DNA from: Selaginella moellendorffii | Lineage: Eukaryota; Plantae; Lycopodiophyta | Direction of reading: 5' to 3' | DNA length: 64,000 nt | Assembly (NCBI RefSeq): GCF_000143415.4 | Contig: NW_003314334.1 | Coordinates: 575,614 to 639,613 of the forward strand | Shown here: positions 11,330-23,158 of the stretch, one piece after another | Layout of the letters: each line of letters opens with the position of its first letter | Position numbering within the stretch: the first letter of the stretch is position 1 | Made by a program: the position numbers and the translations under genes | The notes under the pieces: generated by a model | Told to the model about the DNA's origin: nothing | Databases searched by the model: none | What the model saw: only the letters and a program-made list of their open reading frames with translations

Positions 11330-12313
11330 ATGGAAGAAGAGCGAACGCCATCCCCGCCACCAGTGGTGATCTTCACGAGCAGCAGCAGTAGCCACAGTCG
11401 CCAAGATCACTGGGCGAGCAGCGCTCCAACTCACGAGCTACTCGAAGGCGTGGAGCTGGTGTGGCAAATCCCGAGCTCTCCACCGCGCGCAATCCTCTTC
11501 ATCGCGCACCCGGGCTGTGGATCTCCCGGCGACTTCTTCCCGCCCCACCGCGATTGCGCGCGCTGCAAGGGCCTCCCGGAGCACAGCGCGATCACCCAGC
11601 GCGCGATCGCCGCGCGCTACGCCGTGGTGGCCATCAAGAGCGCCAAGGACTACTGGCAAACCTGGCCGCTCGAGGCCTCCCAGGACGCTTTCAACGTGGA
11701 GAGGATCGTGGATTCTTGGAAGAACAGGCACGGGATGGCGAATCTGCCGCTGGTAGCTCTCGGCTGCGCGTCCGGCGGGAGCTTCGTCTCGGCGCTGGCG
11801 CTCCGGATCGAATTCGCGGCGCTGGTGATCATGATCTCGCACGGCGTGACGCGAGCTTTCCAGCGAGCTACGAACAGATACCCGCCGACGCTCTTCGTTC
11901 ATATGCCCAAGGACTCGCTCACTGCCGCCAAGATCGAGCGAGAGATCCGAGCCTTGCAGAGCAAAGGGATCCCCACGGAAGAAATTGCCTGCCTCGACTT
12001 TCCCGTCACTTCGGAGATCTTCCGCGGCCTCTTGAGCTCCCACGGCGCCTCCAAGCTCTTCGCGGCGCTCGTGATCCACGGCGTGATCAACGGCGAGGGG
12101 TTTGTAACTTCGGCCATGCAGACGTCGGAGATCCGGGAGCTGTTGCAGCGCGCGGATATTTTCGGCGAGGCGGACGAGGACGAGAGAGAAATGGTGGTGG
12201 AGAGTGTCAACTGTTTGATCCGGGTGGCCGAGGCGCGGCACGCCGTCACTGCTCGAAAGTGTAGCGAGATTTTCGATTGGTTAGAACAATATATCATCAG
12301 AAGGCACCTCTAG
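11330..12313 (+). CDS. Alpha/beta-hydrolase-fold protein, single coding exon
   Basis: Long GC-rich ORF with ILFIAH(P)GC, CxGLPE, LPLVALGCASGGSFVSALA and YPPTLFVHMPKD motifs of an uncharacterised plant hydrolase family. First ATG at 11330. Confidence 0.85.
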   Translation: MEEERTPSPPPVVIFTSSSSSHSRQDHWASSAPTHELLEGVELVWQIPSSPPRAILFIAHPGCGSPGDFFPPHRDCARCKGLPEHSAITQRAIAARYAVVAIKSAKDYWQTWPLEASQDAFNVERIVDSWKNRHGMANLPLVALGCASGGSFVSALALRIEFAALVIMISHGVTRAFQRATNRYPPTLFVHMPKDSLTAAKIEREIRALQSKGIPTEEIACLDFPVTSEIFRGLLSSHGASKLFAALVIHGVINGEGFVTSAMQTSEIRELLQRADIFGEADEDEREMVVESVNCLIRVAEARHAVTARKCSEIFDWLEQYIIRRHL

Positions 12314-12465
12314 ATCGCAGGGAGTTTGATTTCATCAGTGTCTGATTTGATCGTCGTCGCTCGCGAGCACGAAACTTCTTTTTTTATTTTCTCGTTCGTT
12401 GAGCGGATTTGGAAGAACAAAACTGGTTTTTTTGTTTCTATCTCTTACCTCGCATTGTGTGAGTT

Positions 12466-13407
12466 TTAGCTGGACCTTTTTCGTGCCAAGTATGCCCGAT
12501 GTTTCAGCTCGGCTCTCTTCCACTTGACAAGAAGCTTGACGAGCGTTCGCAATGTGTTTACCTGCGCGAGCGTTGAGTCAAAAAATTGAGAGAGATCTTC
12601 TAAACTTTTCTTTTTCTTACCAGGATGACTGTCCCAATCAGTAACAGAGGGCCCGACCATACTGTTGATACGAACACTCCATCCCGGTCAAAGTATGGCT
12701 TGCGTGAGAACCTTTCCCAATTCCTGGCGAGCAGGGTATTGATTTTTTCCGCAGAATAGACGCTCAACACTGTCAATCATAATGTCGGTAGCGAGTTAGT
12801 GAAAGCAAACAATAATCACGACATATTCATGAGAAACCAATCTCGAAACATTCGATCAAAAACTGTCAAACAAAGTTTCGGTCGGGACAAAAACAAAGAG
12901 AAAGCAGAAAAAAAACACAAGAAACCGCATGGCAAATCAAACCAAGCGACGCGAAAAGAAGAAACAAAAGACGATGAACTTACGTCCAAATGTGAATAGC
13001 AACATTTGCATGTTGTTGTTTTCTCGCGTCCGAATCGCCACTGTGAGCAAACCAGCGTGGAAAATTATGAGCAGCAGCAGCCATGGTTCCTGCAATTCAC
13101 AGAAAAGAGAGAGAGAGAGAGAGAGATCTTTTAGATCACAAAAAATTATTTTGCAAGATCGATGCCGATCCAATTCATGAAGTAAAAGCAAAGAAACTGC
13201 GAGTATAGCGAAGCGTACCATCCAATCCACGGCACGAAGAAACGAGAAGACGGGCCCCAAAAGCGCTCCATCCGGGGCGCTCGCGACGTAGTCCCACTGC
13301 CGCCGCAATTCAATGCTGAGATCTTCCACCATCCCGGCCATACCATCGATCGACGCCATAGCCGCCGCAGCTGCCTCCGCCACTGCGCCTCCCCTCTCCT
13401 CTTCCAT
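12466..13407 (-). CDS. TMEM18: Transmembrane protein 18 homolog, 4 exons
   Basis: AVDW|EPWLLLLIIFH...VYSAEKINTLLARNWERFSRKPYFDRDGVFVSTVWSGPLL...|VNTLRTLVKLLVKWKRAELKHRA. Confidence 0.9.
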
Positions 13408-15656
13408 CTGATCTGATTGTGCCCTAGCCGCTCCACCCCGGAATTGAGCTCTCGATCGTTTTCAAATTCAAATTCTAGGGCAACGGTGAAAAATAACTAC
13501 CTTGGATTCTATAGTTGCTGAAAAGTAGGTACGAACATATGGTTTGGCATTTCCCAAACCGCGAATCAAGCCTTGGGCCAGCCGTACACAAAAAAGTTTA
13601 AGACATGGAAGAATCTAACAAGGATTTGGTGCACGTGTAGCCAAAACATTATCATATTTCGTGAAATAATTCCTTGCCACGTGTCAGACAACGAACTCTT
13701 GTCAGCTGAAGACGAACCGGCAGTTGCGACGAATATCCTGCCCTGATTCTCCAACGGCTAGGGCTGGTTCGAACCGCCGACCGATGCGCGCGCGCGCGCA
13801 TGCCAACCATGGAAAAGGACGCCATGACCTTCCCCGTGAGCCTACGGCCGCTCCATGTCTTCCGTACTAACACGCGCGGTCCCAAAATTTAGCATTTTTT
13901 TCAGCGGCCCATTTCACACACCAGCGCACTATGGTAGCGGTCACAAATTTACACGAGAGACTGCACGGCAGCGGTACCACAGCGCGCGTGCTAGGCTCGA
14001 GAGCAATGGCGTGCCGCCACGTTGACAGCGACGTGTATTTCGGGCGGCTTTAAGGCGGCATATACTAAGGGGGGAAAGGGGGGAGCCCTAAATATTTCAT
14101 TTTCCGCCACCCCATGCGAAGGAGCAGCTCCCGACATCAATCTTTGCATGCCGACCGAGATGCGATTAGAATATTTATATTCCTCGAGAGCCCACATGCA
14201 GACGAATGCGAATGGCCACCCAAAAAGGATTTCTGCCCGCGTTTGAAAGGAATAAATAAATGTGTTGTTTGGTTGTGGCTTGTTTGGGTTTGTTAACTCG
14301 ACAGCATTATTCGATTCCAGGACACTTTAGGTTATGATACAACTCAAAAGTGGACTCGTTTGCTTTACTTTACATCTCTTTCGATGGATAGGGTTCCAAG
14401 GAAGTAACAACAAGCAACAGCAACATCGCCCAACAGCAACCTTAAGCGACTATTAAAGAAAACTCACATGTGCGGTTTGTCAAAGCTATGCATAGAATTA
14501 TACTGCTTTTCCAAAAGGTGGCGGGGTTCTATTGTTGTCAGTTCTTGACTTTTAGGCTTAGTGATTGAAAGAAAACACATACATTAGCTTATCAAAGGAT
14601 TTGTGATGTTGCTGCTATCGCTTACACGTTCGGACCGCAAAACCCATCCCGGCATTATCTAAAACAATCCATATAAAACTAATGTCTAGTTTTAATCAGA
14701 GGAGAATCTAGAATGTCGATTTGTAGGCTTGCCGCTCAAGCATTGCACTCTCGCATGGGACCACTTTGTGCAATTCACCAAGTTAGTGCAAAGGAGGCAT
14801 CCAGCTTTTCCCTAAACAATGGCTGTCGACTGTGACTTTGGAGGGGCTGATTGAGGCTGACCAAAAGCGCTATACGTTTTTAGGGCACGACACAAAGTTG
14901 ACACATGAATCTAGGAGAGACCCACAACAACAACAGGCAGAAACATTCCAGCAAGGGGCGCACAAAAACAAAACAAGAAACGAAACCATATAAAAATAAA
15001 AAAATCATTAAAAACTTTTGCAAATAGCGTACGTTCGCAAAATACTAAAATTGAAAAATGGAAAATATTTAGAAAAACTATCCAATGCGACAACGATGTC
15101 CGCCCAGAAAACAACCCTCCTTTAAACTTGAGCCCAAACAAGGGAATATCTCGCGCCGCATTGAATGCCAGCCGTACGATGCAAATCGCGTCGCCGTTCG
15201 ATCCGCGTCACCCTCACCAGTCAATTTTGTTTTTACCCAGAGGTAATTAAAAAAGGGTTTTGCCCCGTTTTACCGCAACCTATGAGCCGCAATGCCGTAC
15301 CGGTGGTTTCCCAACCTCAAACGGCGGCGCGACGGGGAGAGGCCGTACGCTTGTCTGCATGGTGGTTGCGCAGGGACCACGTGGAGTGGTCACAATTTTC
15401 GTACGAGAAGTGGCCAGGCCCAAGTATTTAACGTGCGTACCCACCATTTGCTAGGGTCTCTCCCTCTATTCTCATTTAGAGTGTGGTGCTAGATATGGCC
15501 AAACGGGGCGGCGCTCGACCGCTGATCTGGACGGATCGACGGCCCTGCTTCGCCCTCTCCGCTCGCTTCATCGGCATAGGAATCGTCGGGCCGGCGCCTG
15601 GCGCTCCGTGAGAAGGGAGGTGAGAATCTTTGCCTTGCTTCGGTGAATCGCCCCTC

Positions 15657-15801
15657 CTGGATCGCGATCCTGCATTTCTTGCCGAGAAATCGAGATACTT
15701 CGGGCTGGAATCGCGATATTTCGAGCGGAAGCATCGATTTCCCGAGCGCTGGATCGCGATCCTACATTTCTTGCCAAGAATCGCGATGTTTTTGAGCTGG
15801 A
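15657..15801 (+). repeat. Two diverged ~53-bp direct repeats in the probable 5' leader of the F-box gene
   Basis: CTGGATCGCGATCCT(G/A)CATTTCTTGCC...GCTGGA at ~15657 and ~15750. Confidence 0.7.
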
Positions 15802-16254
15802 CGCTGAGAAGTGCTGTTTTCCTTCCAGACGCCGGGGATGGTATGGAATCGGCAATCTGGAATCGTGCCGCCGCTTGATAGATGCCCTCTTTTCTCCCTC
15901 GATCTGATGCCGAGCAAGCAGAGAAAGGGGCCGAGATTGAAGAGTCGGCTGGAATAATCCTCTCTGCTGCGGCTGCTGTTCTTCCATGGTCGTGCATTAT
16001 CGATTTGCGCAGAGGTATGGCATCTCTTCCTCGGTCGTCCTTTCATCCCCTTTTTTCGCTTCGAATTTATAGGGGGATAGGTAGCGTCACCGCAAAAGTA
16101 AAATTTTCATTTGTTTGCTTTCTTTCTTTCCAGATTGCTCGATCGATCGATCCCGAGCGGACGATTCTAGATTCATTCTTCGTTGATCTCGAGAACGAAC
16201 AAAGGTACCTCCAGAAGGGAGAGGTAAAAAAAAAAAGAGATCAGGCAGGATAAA

Positions 16255-17781
16255 ATGGATGGGCAGTGGGGATGGATAGGTGGAAGTGTATTCGCCACAG
16301 CCACTGGATGGTTTGGAAAGGAGCACTATGGCGATCAAGGCTACTGGTGCCACCACGATGTTGGTGTGCCGCAAATCGGTGCCTATGGTCTGGTCGAGCA
16401 CGGGGGGATTGGATGGGGCAGCCCAGTACACATCGAAGAACAGGAGCAATGCTTTTGGGACAAGGACGGTAGCAACTGGGCTGTGATGCTGGCTCACGGC
16501 AGCGGCAAATGTGGGTGGAGCGAAGCCGCTGCTCCAGACAGAGTACCGGTGATGACCATGACTCACGCTTTTCCGAGCCTTCAGCTGGCCCCGGAATCGC
16601 GTAGTTTTGGCAGCAGCGGCTGGAAGAGCGATGGGATGACTGCTACTGCTGCTGCTTCGTCCGCGACTGCGACTTCGGCTACCGCTTCGCCGTCCTCGGA
16701 CGACGAGTTTAGCTCCCTCCCGGACGATCTGCTCGAGAAGATCTTCGCGGCATTGCCTCTGCTGAGCCTGTTCCGAGCCCGGGCTGTTTGCAAGCGGTGG
16801 CATGGCATCACCACCTCCAAGTCCTTCATGGCGCTGTGCGCGCAAGTCACGACTCACAAGCCGTGGTATCTCATGTACAAGGACTCGGAGAAGATGGTCG
16901 GGGTGGCATTCGACCCGACGTCCCGGAAGTGGCACAACTTCGTCCTCCCGCCGCTCGACGACCCCTCGGCAAGCTTCGTGGCCTCGGCCGGCGGCCTGGC
17001 GTGCTTTCTCGACAAGACCAACTCGGAGGTGGCTTACGTTTGCAACCCGATGACCAAGGCCTGGCGGCAGCTCCCGCGGCCGCCGGAGAGGCTGAGCTCC
17101 GACTACTGCGCGGTGGCGATGTGCGTGCAAGGCGAGGACTACAAGATCGTGGTGGCCAGGTCCACGCCAGTGACGAACGACTACGCACAGTGGAGCTTGT
17201 CTATCGAGGTGTATGATTCCGGCCTAGCGGCGTGGAGGAGCCCGAGGTTCAAGCTCTTGCAAGGCTGGAGACCTGGGGAGGAGAGCAACATATGCAACGG
17301 GGTTTTCTACTGCGTCACGCACTCGACTGTTGGTGCCGGGCATGATTACTCGCGGCATGGACTGATTGCCTACGACATCAGTCACGGGGCGTTCCAGGAC
17401 TTGATACTCCCGATGCCGTGCTCTCTTTCGTGCGTCCGGTTGGTGAACTGCTGGGAGAGGCTGGTGATGGTTGGCGGCATTGGGACGTATGACTTCATCA
17501 AGGGGGTCGGGGTGTGGGAGCTCCAGGGGGAGTGGAAGCAGATTAGCAGGATGCCGACCAAGCAGTTCCATGGATTTGCGGGTGGCCTGGACGACGTTTT
17601 CTCGTGTAGCGGCCACGGTGACTTGATCTACATTCACAGCTACGGCAGCCCCCAGCTCATGGTTTTCGATATCCCGCAAGGATCGTGGACGTGGGCGAGA
17701 GCCTGTCCGGTGCTCAAGCGTGACCCGTTGCATCTCTTCACGGGATTCTGCTTCCAACCCCGGCTGGACGTCTCGGTTTGA
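16255..17781 (+). CDS. HWS: F-box/kelch protein, HAWAIIAN SKIRT ortholog
   Basis: F-box LPDDLLEKIF...RARAVCKRW, then PWY, QWSLSIEVY, GWRPGEESNICNGV, RHGLIAY, PMPCSLSCVRLVN, LIYIHSYGSP and C-terminal LFTGFCFQPRLDV, closely tracking Arabidopsis HWS as recalled. The true start may be a downstream ATG. Confidence 0.88.
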   Translation: MDGQWGWIGGSVFATATGWFGKEHYGDQGYWCHHDVGVPQIGAYGLVEHGGIGWGSPVHIEEQEQCFWDKDGSNWAVMLAHGSGKCGWSEAAAPDRVPVMTMTHAFPSLQLAPESRSFGSSGWKSDGMTATAAASSATATSATASPSSDDEFSSLPDDLLEKIFAALPLLSLFRARAVCKRWHGITTSKSFMALCAQVTTHKPWYLMYKDSEKMVGVAFDPTSRKWHNFVLPPLDDPSASFVASAGGLACFLDKTNSEVAYVCNPMTKAWRQLPRPPERLSSDYCAVAMCVQGEDYKIVVARSTPVTNDYAQWSLSIEVYDSGLAAWRSPRFKLLQGWRPGEESNICNGVFYCVTHSTVGAGHDYSRHGLIAYDISHGAFQDLILPMPCSLSCVRLVNCWERLVMVGGIGTYDFIKGVGVWELQGEWKQISRMPTKQFHGFAGGLDDVFSCSGHGDLIYIHSYGSPQLMVFDIPQGSWTWARACPVLKRDPLHLFTGFCFQPRLDVSV

Positions 17782-19192
17782 GAGGTGAGAGACGAGAAAG
17801 TACTGCTGCTTTGGTTTGATAGTTTTGCGAATTTTCAGGTGGTGGCGGCTGGGAAAGCACGAGATTTTTACTACGAAGTACGTACCTTTATAGGAGAATT
17901 GGAGATTTATTATATGGAGTGGTGGTTGTGGGGGATCGGGATCGAAAGGACTGGTCTCTCTTCCGCTCGCATCGCTCGTATGCTTAGAAGAACCCGAGAA
18001 GGAAGAACGGACGAGAGGATTAGAGCAACCAACGCACGGATCTCTCCCTCTAATGTTGACGGGTATGTTTTTTCTACTTTTATTTTTTAGCTCGGATCCT
18101 CTTGTCCTGCGGCTCTTGTTGTTAAGATTGATTGGTTTTTTCTTGTTGTTCGTCCGTAAGTTATCGCTTAAGTTTAAAGTCCTTGCTCTTGCCTCGATTC
18201 GATTTCTCTCCGCCTCGTCCGTCGCATTGTCCTCGTTGGTTTCTGGTTGTTTGTTTGCTGTGCATGCATTTCGCAACAGTCGGACAGGACAGGCTACGTT
18301 TTGATTGCAGCAACGAAACTGAAAGTCTAGATAGATATTATAGATCGAGTGAGTCGATAGTCGAGTGACGAGTCGAGAGAGAAAAAGGAGAGAGAGAGAT
18401 TGATAGATTGGGAGGAGATGGATAGAATAATTACTCATGGCCGTTTCTCTCTGTGTGTAGTGGAGGCTTTCATATATATTTTTTTTCTTGTTCTTCCTCT
18501 TTGTCGCTAGTTATGAGTGTTGGTTTGTTCGTCATTAGCTTTCTCGTAGTCGCGACGCACACATACAGTGTGTCTGTCTGAGAGGCCAAATTGATGGCGC
18601 CAATGAATGATGGATGGATGGAAGGATTTCTTTTTTTTCTTTCCTCTGCTACTTTGCTGGAAAAGTTTGTTTGTTTATTTATTTTCTCAGCCTGGAGCTT
18701 TTGATTTCCTGTTTTGATCTCGCTCGCTGGCTGGCTTTGCTCACCTTTCGTGCGTAGCTCCAGATTATGATGTCTCGAAGAAGCGAAAGTTTCTCCTCTT
18801 TTTTCTCTCCTCCCGTTTCTTTCTCTCCCTCCTCTCGTCTCGTCGTGCCAGGCTCTCGGACAAAGGTGGTGTTGATTCCTATGTCACGCAGCCAGCCAGC
18901 GAGCCAGGAGCAAACATCCATCCTCCCATCTCTATACAACTTTCGCCCCATCTCGAGAAAAAAGGCGGGGCGAGCGAGCGAGCGTGGAACTTTGTCTAGA
19001 TTATCTTAAAAAGTAGATCGCAAAAAGAAATCGCCTATTCATCAACCAAACTTTAGACATGAACTTACACAATGATTCTGCATTATTGAGTGTGTTCGAA
19101 TTATTATAGCCATCCGAGACAAGGAAATAAAAACAACGGCAACCAAGCAACGGACTCCAATACAAGCGGAACGAAACAACAACACATCCAGA

Positions 19193-19193
19193 T

Positions 19194-19226
<33 letters not shown>

Positions 19227-19236
19227 GCAGCAGCAA
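19193..19236 (+). repeat. (GCA)n microsatellite
   Basis: About 14 GCA units with one GCG interruption. Confidence 0.95.
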
Positions 19237-20020
19237 CAAAACAGAGCAAACAACCAAAAAGAATGAAAAAAGGAAAGCGATGAAAAGATACAAACTATAA
19301 ACCTGTGATCCATATGAAGGAAAGCTGAAGTTGGCAGACAGTTTTGTACATGCATACGTAATCGATCACTAGGATACGTACGTTTGGACCGAACTTAAGT
19401 AGAAAAGATGAGGGTCAAGCAAAACGTCTACAAGAGATTACGAAACCATGAAACGTGAAGCTCCTGTTTTTTTGTTTTTTCTTCCCGGGTGAAATCTCCA
19501 ACAGACAAAGCCAATAACAATCCATCATGAAACATGATCTCACAACAACACAATAATTCCGACCGCAAGCATTACACTGCCCCTGCGATGCGCGAATTAT
19601 TGAAACTAAACAACAAGAGCGCAGTGGACTCAAGCCAGGAAGAGACAAGCCAAAAGGAAAGAACACAAATTCTGGCCAGATGCAACAGCAAACAAAGGAA
19701 TGAAAAAAACAGTGAAAAGAAAAGAATGGGACTTAATACTTATCTGGAGCATGCTACGGCCGCGAAGATTATAACACTCAGCATTTTTAATCGCGCTACC
19801 CGTCCTTCCTTGCATTGCTGCTGCCTGTCCACGAGAAAAGGAGCTGAGAAGGAAAGGCCAGAGAGGAACTAGAGAACGATACCTTGCTTTTTATATTACT
19901 GCCTCGCCCGGCATGCAAGCTCGTGGCAGTACCACGCCGACTGGAGAGTAAAAGACTGCCGTGTGCGAAAAAAGAAAACGTATCTCCGTTGCTACAGTGA
20001 ATATTTCCCTTACAGAGGAG

Positions 20021-21227
20021 TTAAGAGAACTGGACAGTGAAGAAATACAGCTTCATCAGAAGTCCCAAGCCAAGCTGCAAAACGAAGCAACCGCAAACGA
20101 TCAGAAACCATCTCTCGCTTGCCGTTTTTATGTGCGTGCGGAGGTTCAAGGCCAGGAAGGTCGCCGAAAGTCCAGCCGCGGCTGCTACCACGGCCCACTT
20201 GAATTTCTCTACGGGAACGACCGACAAGAACTGGAGAAGTTTGAGCACTGATTAGCAAAAGCAGGGAATGAACTGTATGTACGTTACCGAGGTAGGAATG
20301 AAAATGAAAAGCGAGTAGCCGTATAGACACCACAGCTGGACGAGCCCCGTTGCAACTCCCAGGTACTTGAGCACGAAATACAAGCCGAGCGGGAGAAGTC
20401 CAACGTAGCCATAGAAGAGTCCCGCGGACCAGCTGACTTTGTTTATGTCGTAGTGCCAGTGCGTGTCACCAGCCGAGCTTGTCTTGTGAGCCAGGTAGGC
20501 TGCAAAGTTCCCCAGAGCTGCCGTGACAAAGATCAAAGTCGTGCAGATCCAAAACGGCCCGTACCTGCAATACAGAGCTAGAATCCAAAACCGGAAGAAA
20601 CCAAAAAACTCTCACTCACATATCAGGATTTGTGGCCGTCTTCTCGACGAAATCTCCCTTGAAAGGAACCAAGCTATCCCCCACTCTTTGGACGACGTCC
20701 GAGGTGTCCACGTTGAAGTATGGTCTGTAAGAGAGGAGATTGAAGTAGCCATGCCAGCCGAATTGCTCTGGCTCTGCTGGACGCGAGAAGGTATCTGGAA
20801 TTACAAAAAAGAGAGAGAAAAGAACAAGCTCAGACCACGCAAGGACGAAGCAAAGAAAGAAGAAAAAAAATGTCTGAGCTTCTCTAAATTCTTTAGTTCA
20901 TACCATCGGCGTCACGAGGCGGTTTGGACGAACCTGTCAGCTTCCCTCGCGCATCTGTAGGTGGAAAAGTCTGTAAATTCGAGTCTGCAAGCCAAGTGTG
21001 AGCTCGAAATCGAGAAATCTCACGCGCGGCGGAGCGGACCAACCTTGGAATTGCAGAGCTACGTGATCTGCTCCAGCGGCTGCCTGGGACATCGAAATGC
21101 GGAAATGCGCATCAAATTCTGGATCACAAAACCCTACCAAAGAACCAGATCTAGAGCGACTGCTGGATCGGAATCTTACCGGCACGGAGCCCGAGACATC
21201 GCCTCCAATGGTGCTGTATCCCGACAT
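20021..21227 (-). CDS. Yip1-domain protein (YIPF1/2-like), multi-exon
   Basis: YRPYFNVDTSDVVQRV, NPD|xYGPFWICTTLIFV, LWCLYGYSLFIFIP and hydrophobic C-terminal helices, with GT-AG introns. Confidence 0.92.
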
Positions 21228-21368
21228 CGCGTCGTCGATCCGGCGCCTCGCCTTCTCCCTCGCGCGCGCTAACCTAAATGTGGATACCCTAAAACCAGAG
21301 CCCTATAAGTATTTTAGGGTTATTTAGCGCTATAAGTTTATATGATAGGGTTCCTGAGAGCTCGCGAA

Positions 21369-23158
21369 ATGGGCTTTCTGGCTGTGGCGCCAGAGCTCAC
21401 CCTCTCCAGCAGGAATGGCGAGGTTTCTATGCAGACACTGGTCGGGGCTGTCAAGCTGAGCGCGGAGCGGCACTATGTGATGAAGACGCTGGTGCTCACG
21501 CTTTCGCACAAGGTTTGAGCTTTGTGGATTGCTGATAAGAGCTAGAGAGTGCTTCTTGTTGTGTCACAGGTTCCGTCGCTTCTCAAAGACCTGCGCGCTT
21601 GCATCCAGCATGACAAGATCGCGGGGAGCTTGTCCGAGCACGAGTGGATGGATCCGTGCCTCGACTTCGTGGTCGCCACCCCGGACGAGGCTTGGGCCTT
21701 CTGGCCATCCAGCGGCACGTTTATTATTCTCATCGATGCCATAGCTTACCAGGACGATCCTGGTTTCCAAAGCGGCGCGCTGCAGCTGGCTCACACTCGC
21801 TTCGAGACCGTGAGCCTTCCAACACCGGAGTTCAACTTCCGCCAGGACGAATGGTTCGCTCCCGCTCCACGGGCTCGTGCCAGCGACACTTTCCAGCGTC
21901 TCGTGGCTTCTGCTTTGCCTGGTGAGCGCTCCTTCCAATGCTTTCTCTCGCTCGTCTGATCTTGCTGGTTGCAGAGGCCTGGTCTTGCCCCGGACGGCTG
22001 GATGGGGTCGCCACCCAGGTCATGCGCATGTTTGCTGATCACGACAACGTTGTGTGCCAGGGCTGGTCAGGCGTGCTCGCCTTGCTGCCCTGCCTTGTTC
22101 GGGATGCCGTGAAGCACGCAAGCAACGAGGCAGCGCCACTGCTGCTGGCTCCTGACCATCACAGGCTGCTCGCGCTTACTCAGCTTCTCGGGTGTTGTGC
22201 GCAGGAGATGGGTGTCTCTGTGAAGGTACTCACTCTCTTTTCTTTCTCACGTTGCTGTTACTACGATGATCTCTTGTATGAATTACAGATCGGGCCAGGA
22301 GCGCATTCCGCTCTTCGCGTGGAGAAAGTGGGAGATGTGGAGCCTCCAGTCTCTGCTTCTCGAGTAGTGGTTGTTGAAGCCGACAGCATCCTTGAGGCAC
22401 ACCCCGAATGGGCCGAGGTATTCTTCCAAGAACTTGTTGCATGGTGAAATAAACTTGTGCTGTGCAGTTCATTGCCTCATTTGGCGGCTGTGTCGGACTG
22501 CACGTCACACACATGACTGGCGCTGTCGAGGGGGTGCACAAGCGCTTTGCACGCAAGGCCTTTGTGCCGAGGCCCCCACGAGTGACGCTGGACGTTTGCC
22601 ACTTCTACGCTCTGGCGGAAGGCAAGAAGAAGCTCGACTTGGTGTGCGACCTGTGGGAGCAGCTGCGGAGGGGTAAACCAAACAAGTTCTCTGTCTTCTG
22701 CAACGCGGCCGAGACGGTGGCCGAGGTTGCCAAGGCGATGGTGGAGCGCGGGCACCTCGCCTATGCGATATACACAGCCGGGGATCCCATCCTCCAGGTA
22801 AAGTCATGAGTCGATAGCACAAACTTTGATATCATCTCTGGCTTGGTTCCAGGAGGTTTACAAGCGCTCGCTGTCGATCGTGGTGACCAACGTGTACGTT
22901 CGGGGCAGGCAGGACGTGATCAACTACGATCTTCCGGCCTCGGACGAGGACTACTTGGAGCGGGTCGGGATTGATCGGAACCATGGCAGGCGATTCAGGC
23001 TGGTGATCAATCTCGCCACCCGTGAGGAGCTCCAGCAGGCATTGCCTGCTTCGTTCCAGAGCATGGTGCCACTGCCTCCCATTCGCCGTGATCTCTGCAA
23101 GAACATTGTCATCCAGCGTGTGAGGATGCAGCAGCAAGCCAAGGCTGCTGGGTGCTAA
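21369..23158 (+). CDS. Degenerate eIF4A/DEAD-box-like protein with an unrelated N-terminal region, ~6 exons
   Basis: C-terminal half aligns to eIF4A: VVVEADSIL (cf. VLDEADEML), KKLDLVCDLWEQL (cf. KLETLCDLYETL), SVFCN, and VINYDLPASDEDYLERVG (cf. VINYDLP..ENYLHRIGR). Exons join in frame if the donor at 22418 is used. Confidence 0.65.

Noticed and set aside
14730-14760. CATTGCAC resembling U1 snRNA loop II
   Set aside because: No ATACTTACCTG 5' end or Sm site in context.
16087-18438. Long antisense ORFs (347 and 404 aa) over HWS, and similar ones over MCTP and the hydrolase
   Set aside because: Shadow ORFs expected from GC-rich codon usage on the opposite strand.
18843-18863. TCGTGCCAGGCT resembling miR536
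   Set aside because: Only the 5' half is similar and no complementary hairpin arm is evident.
19104-19355. Poly-Cys, poly-Ala and poly-Leu ORFs
   Set aside because: Translations of the GCA microsatellite.
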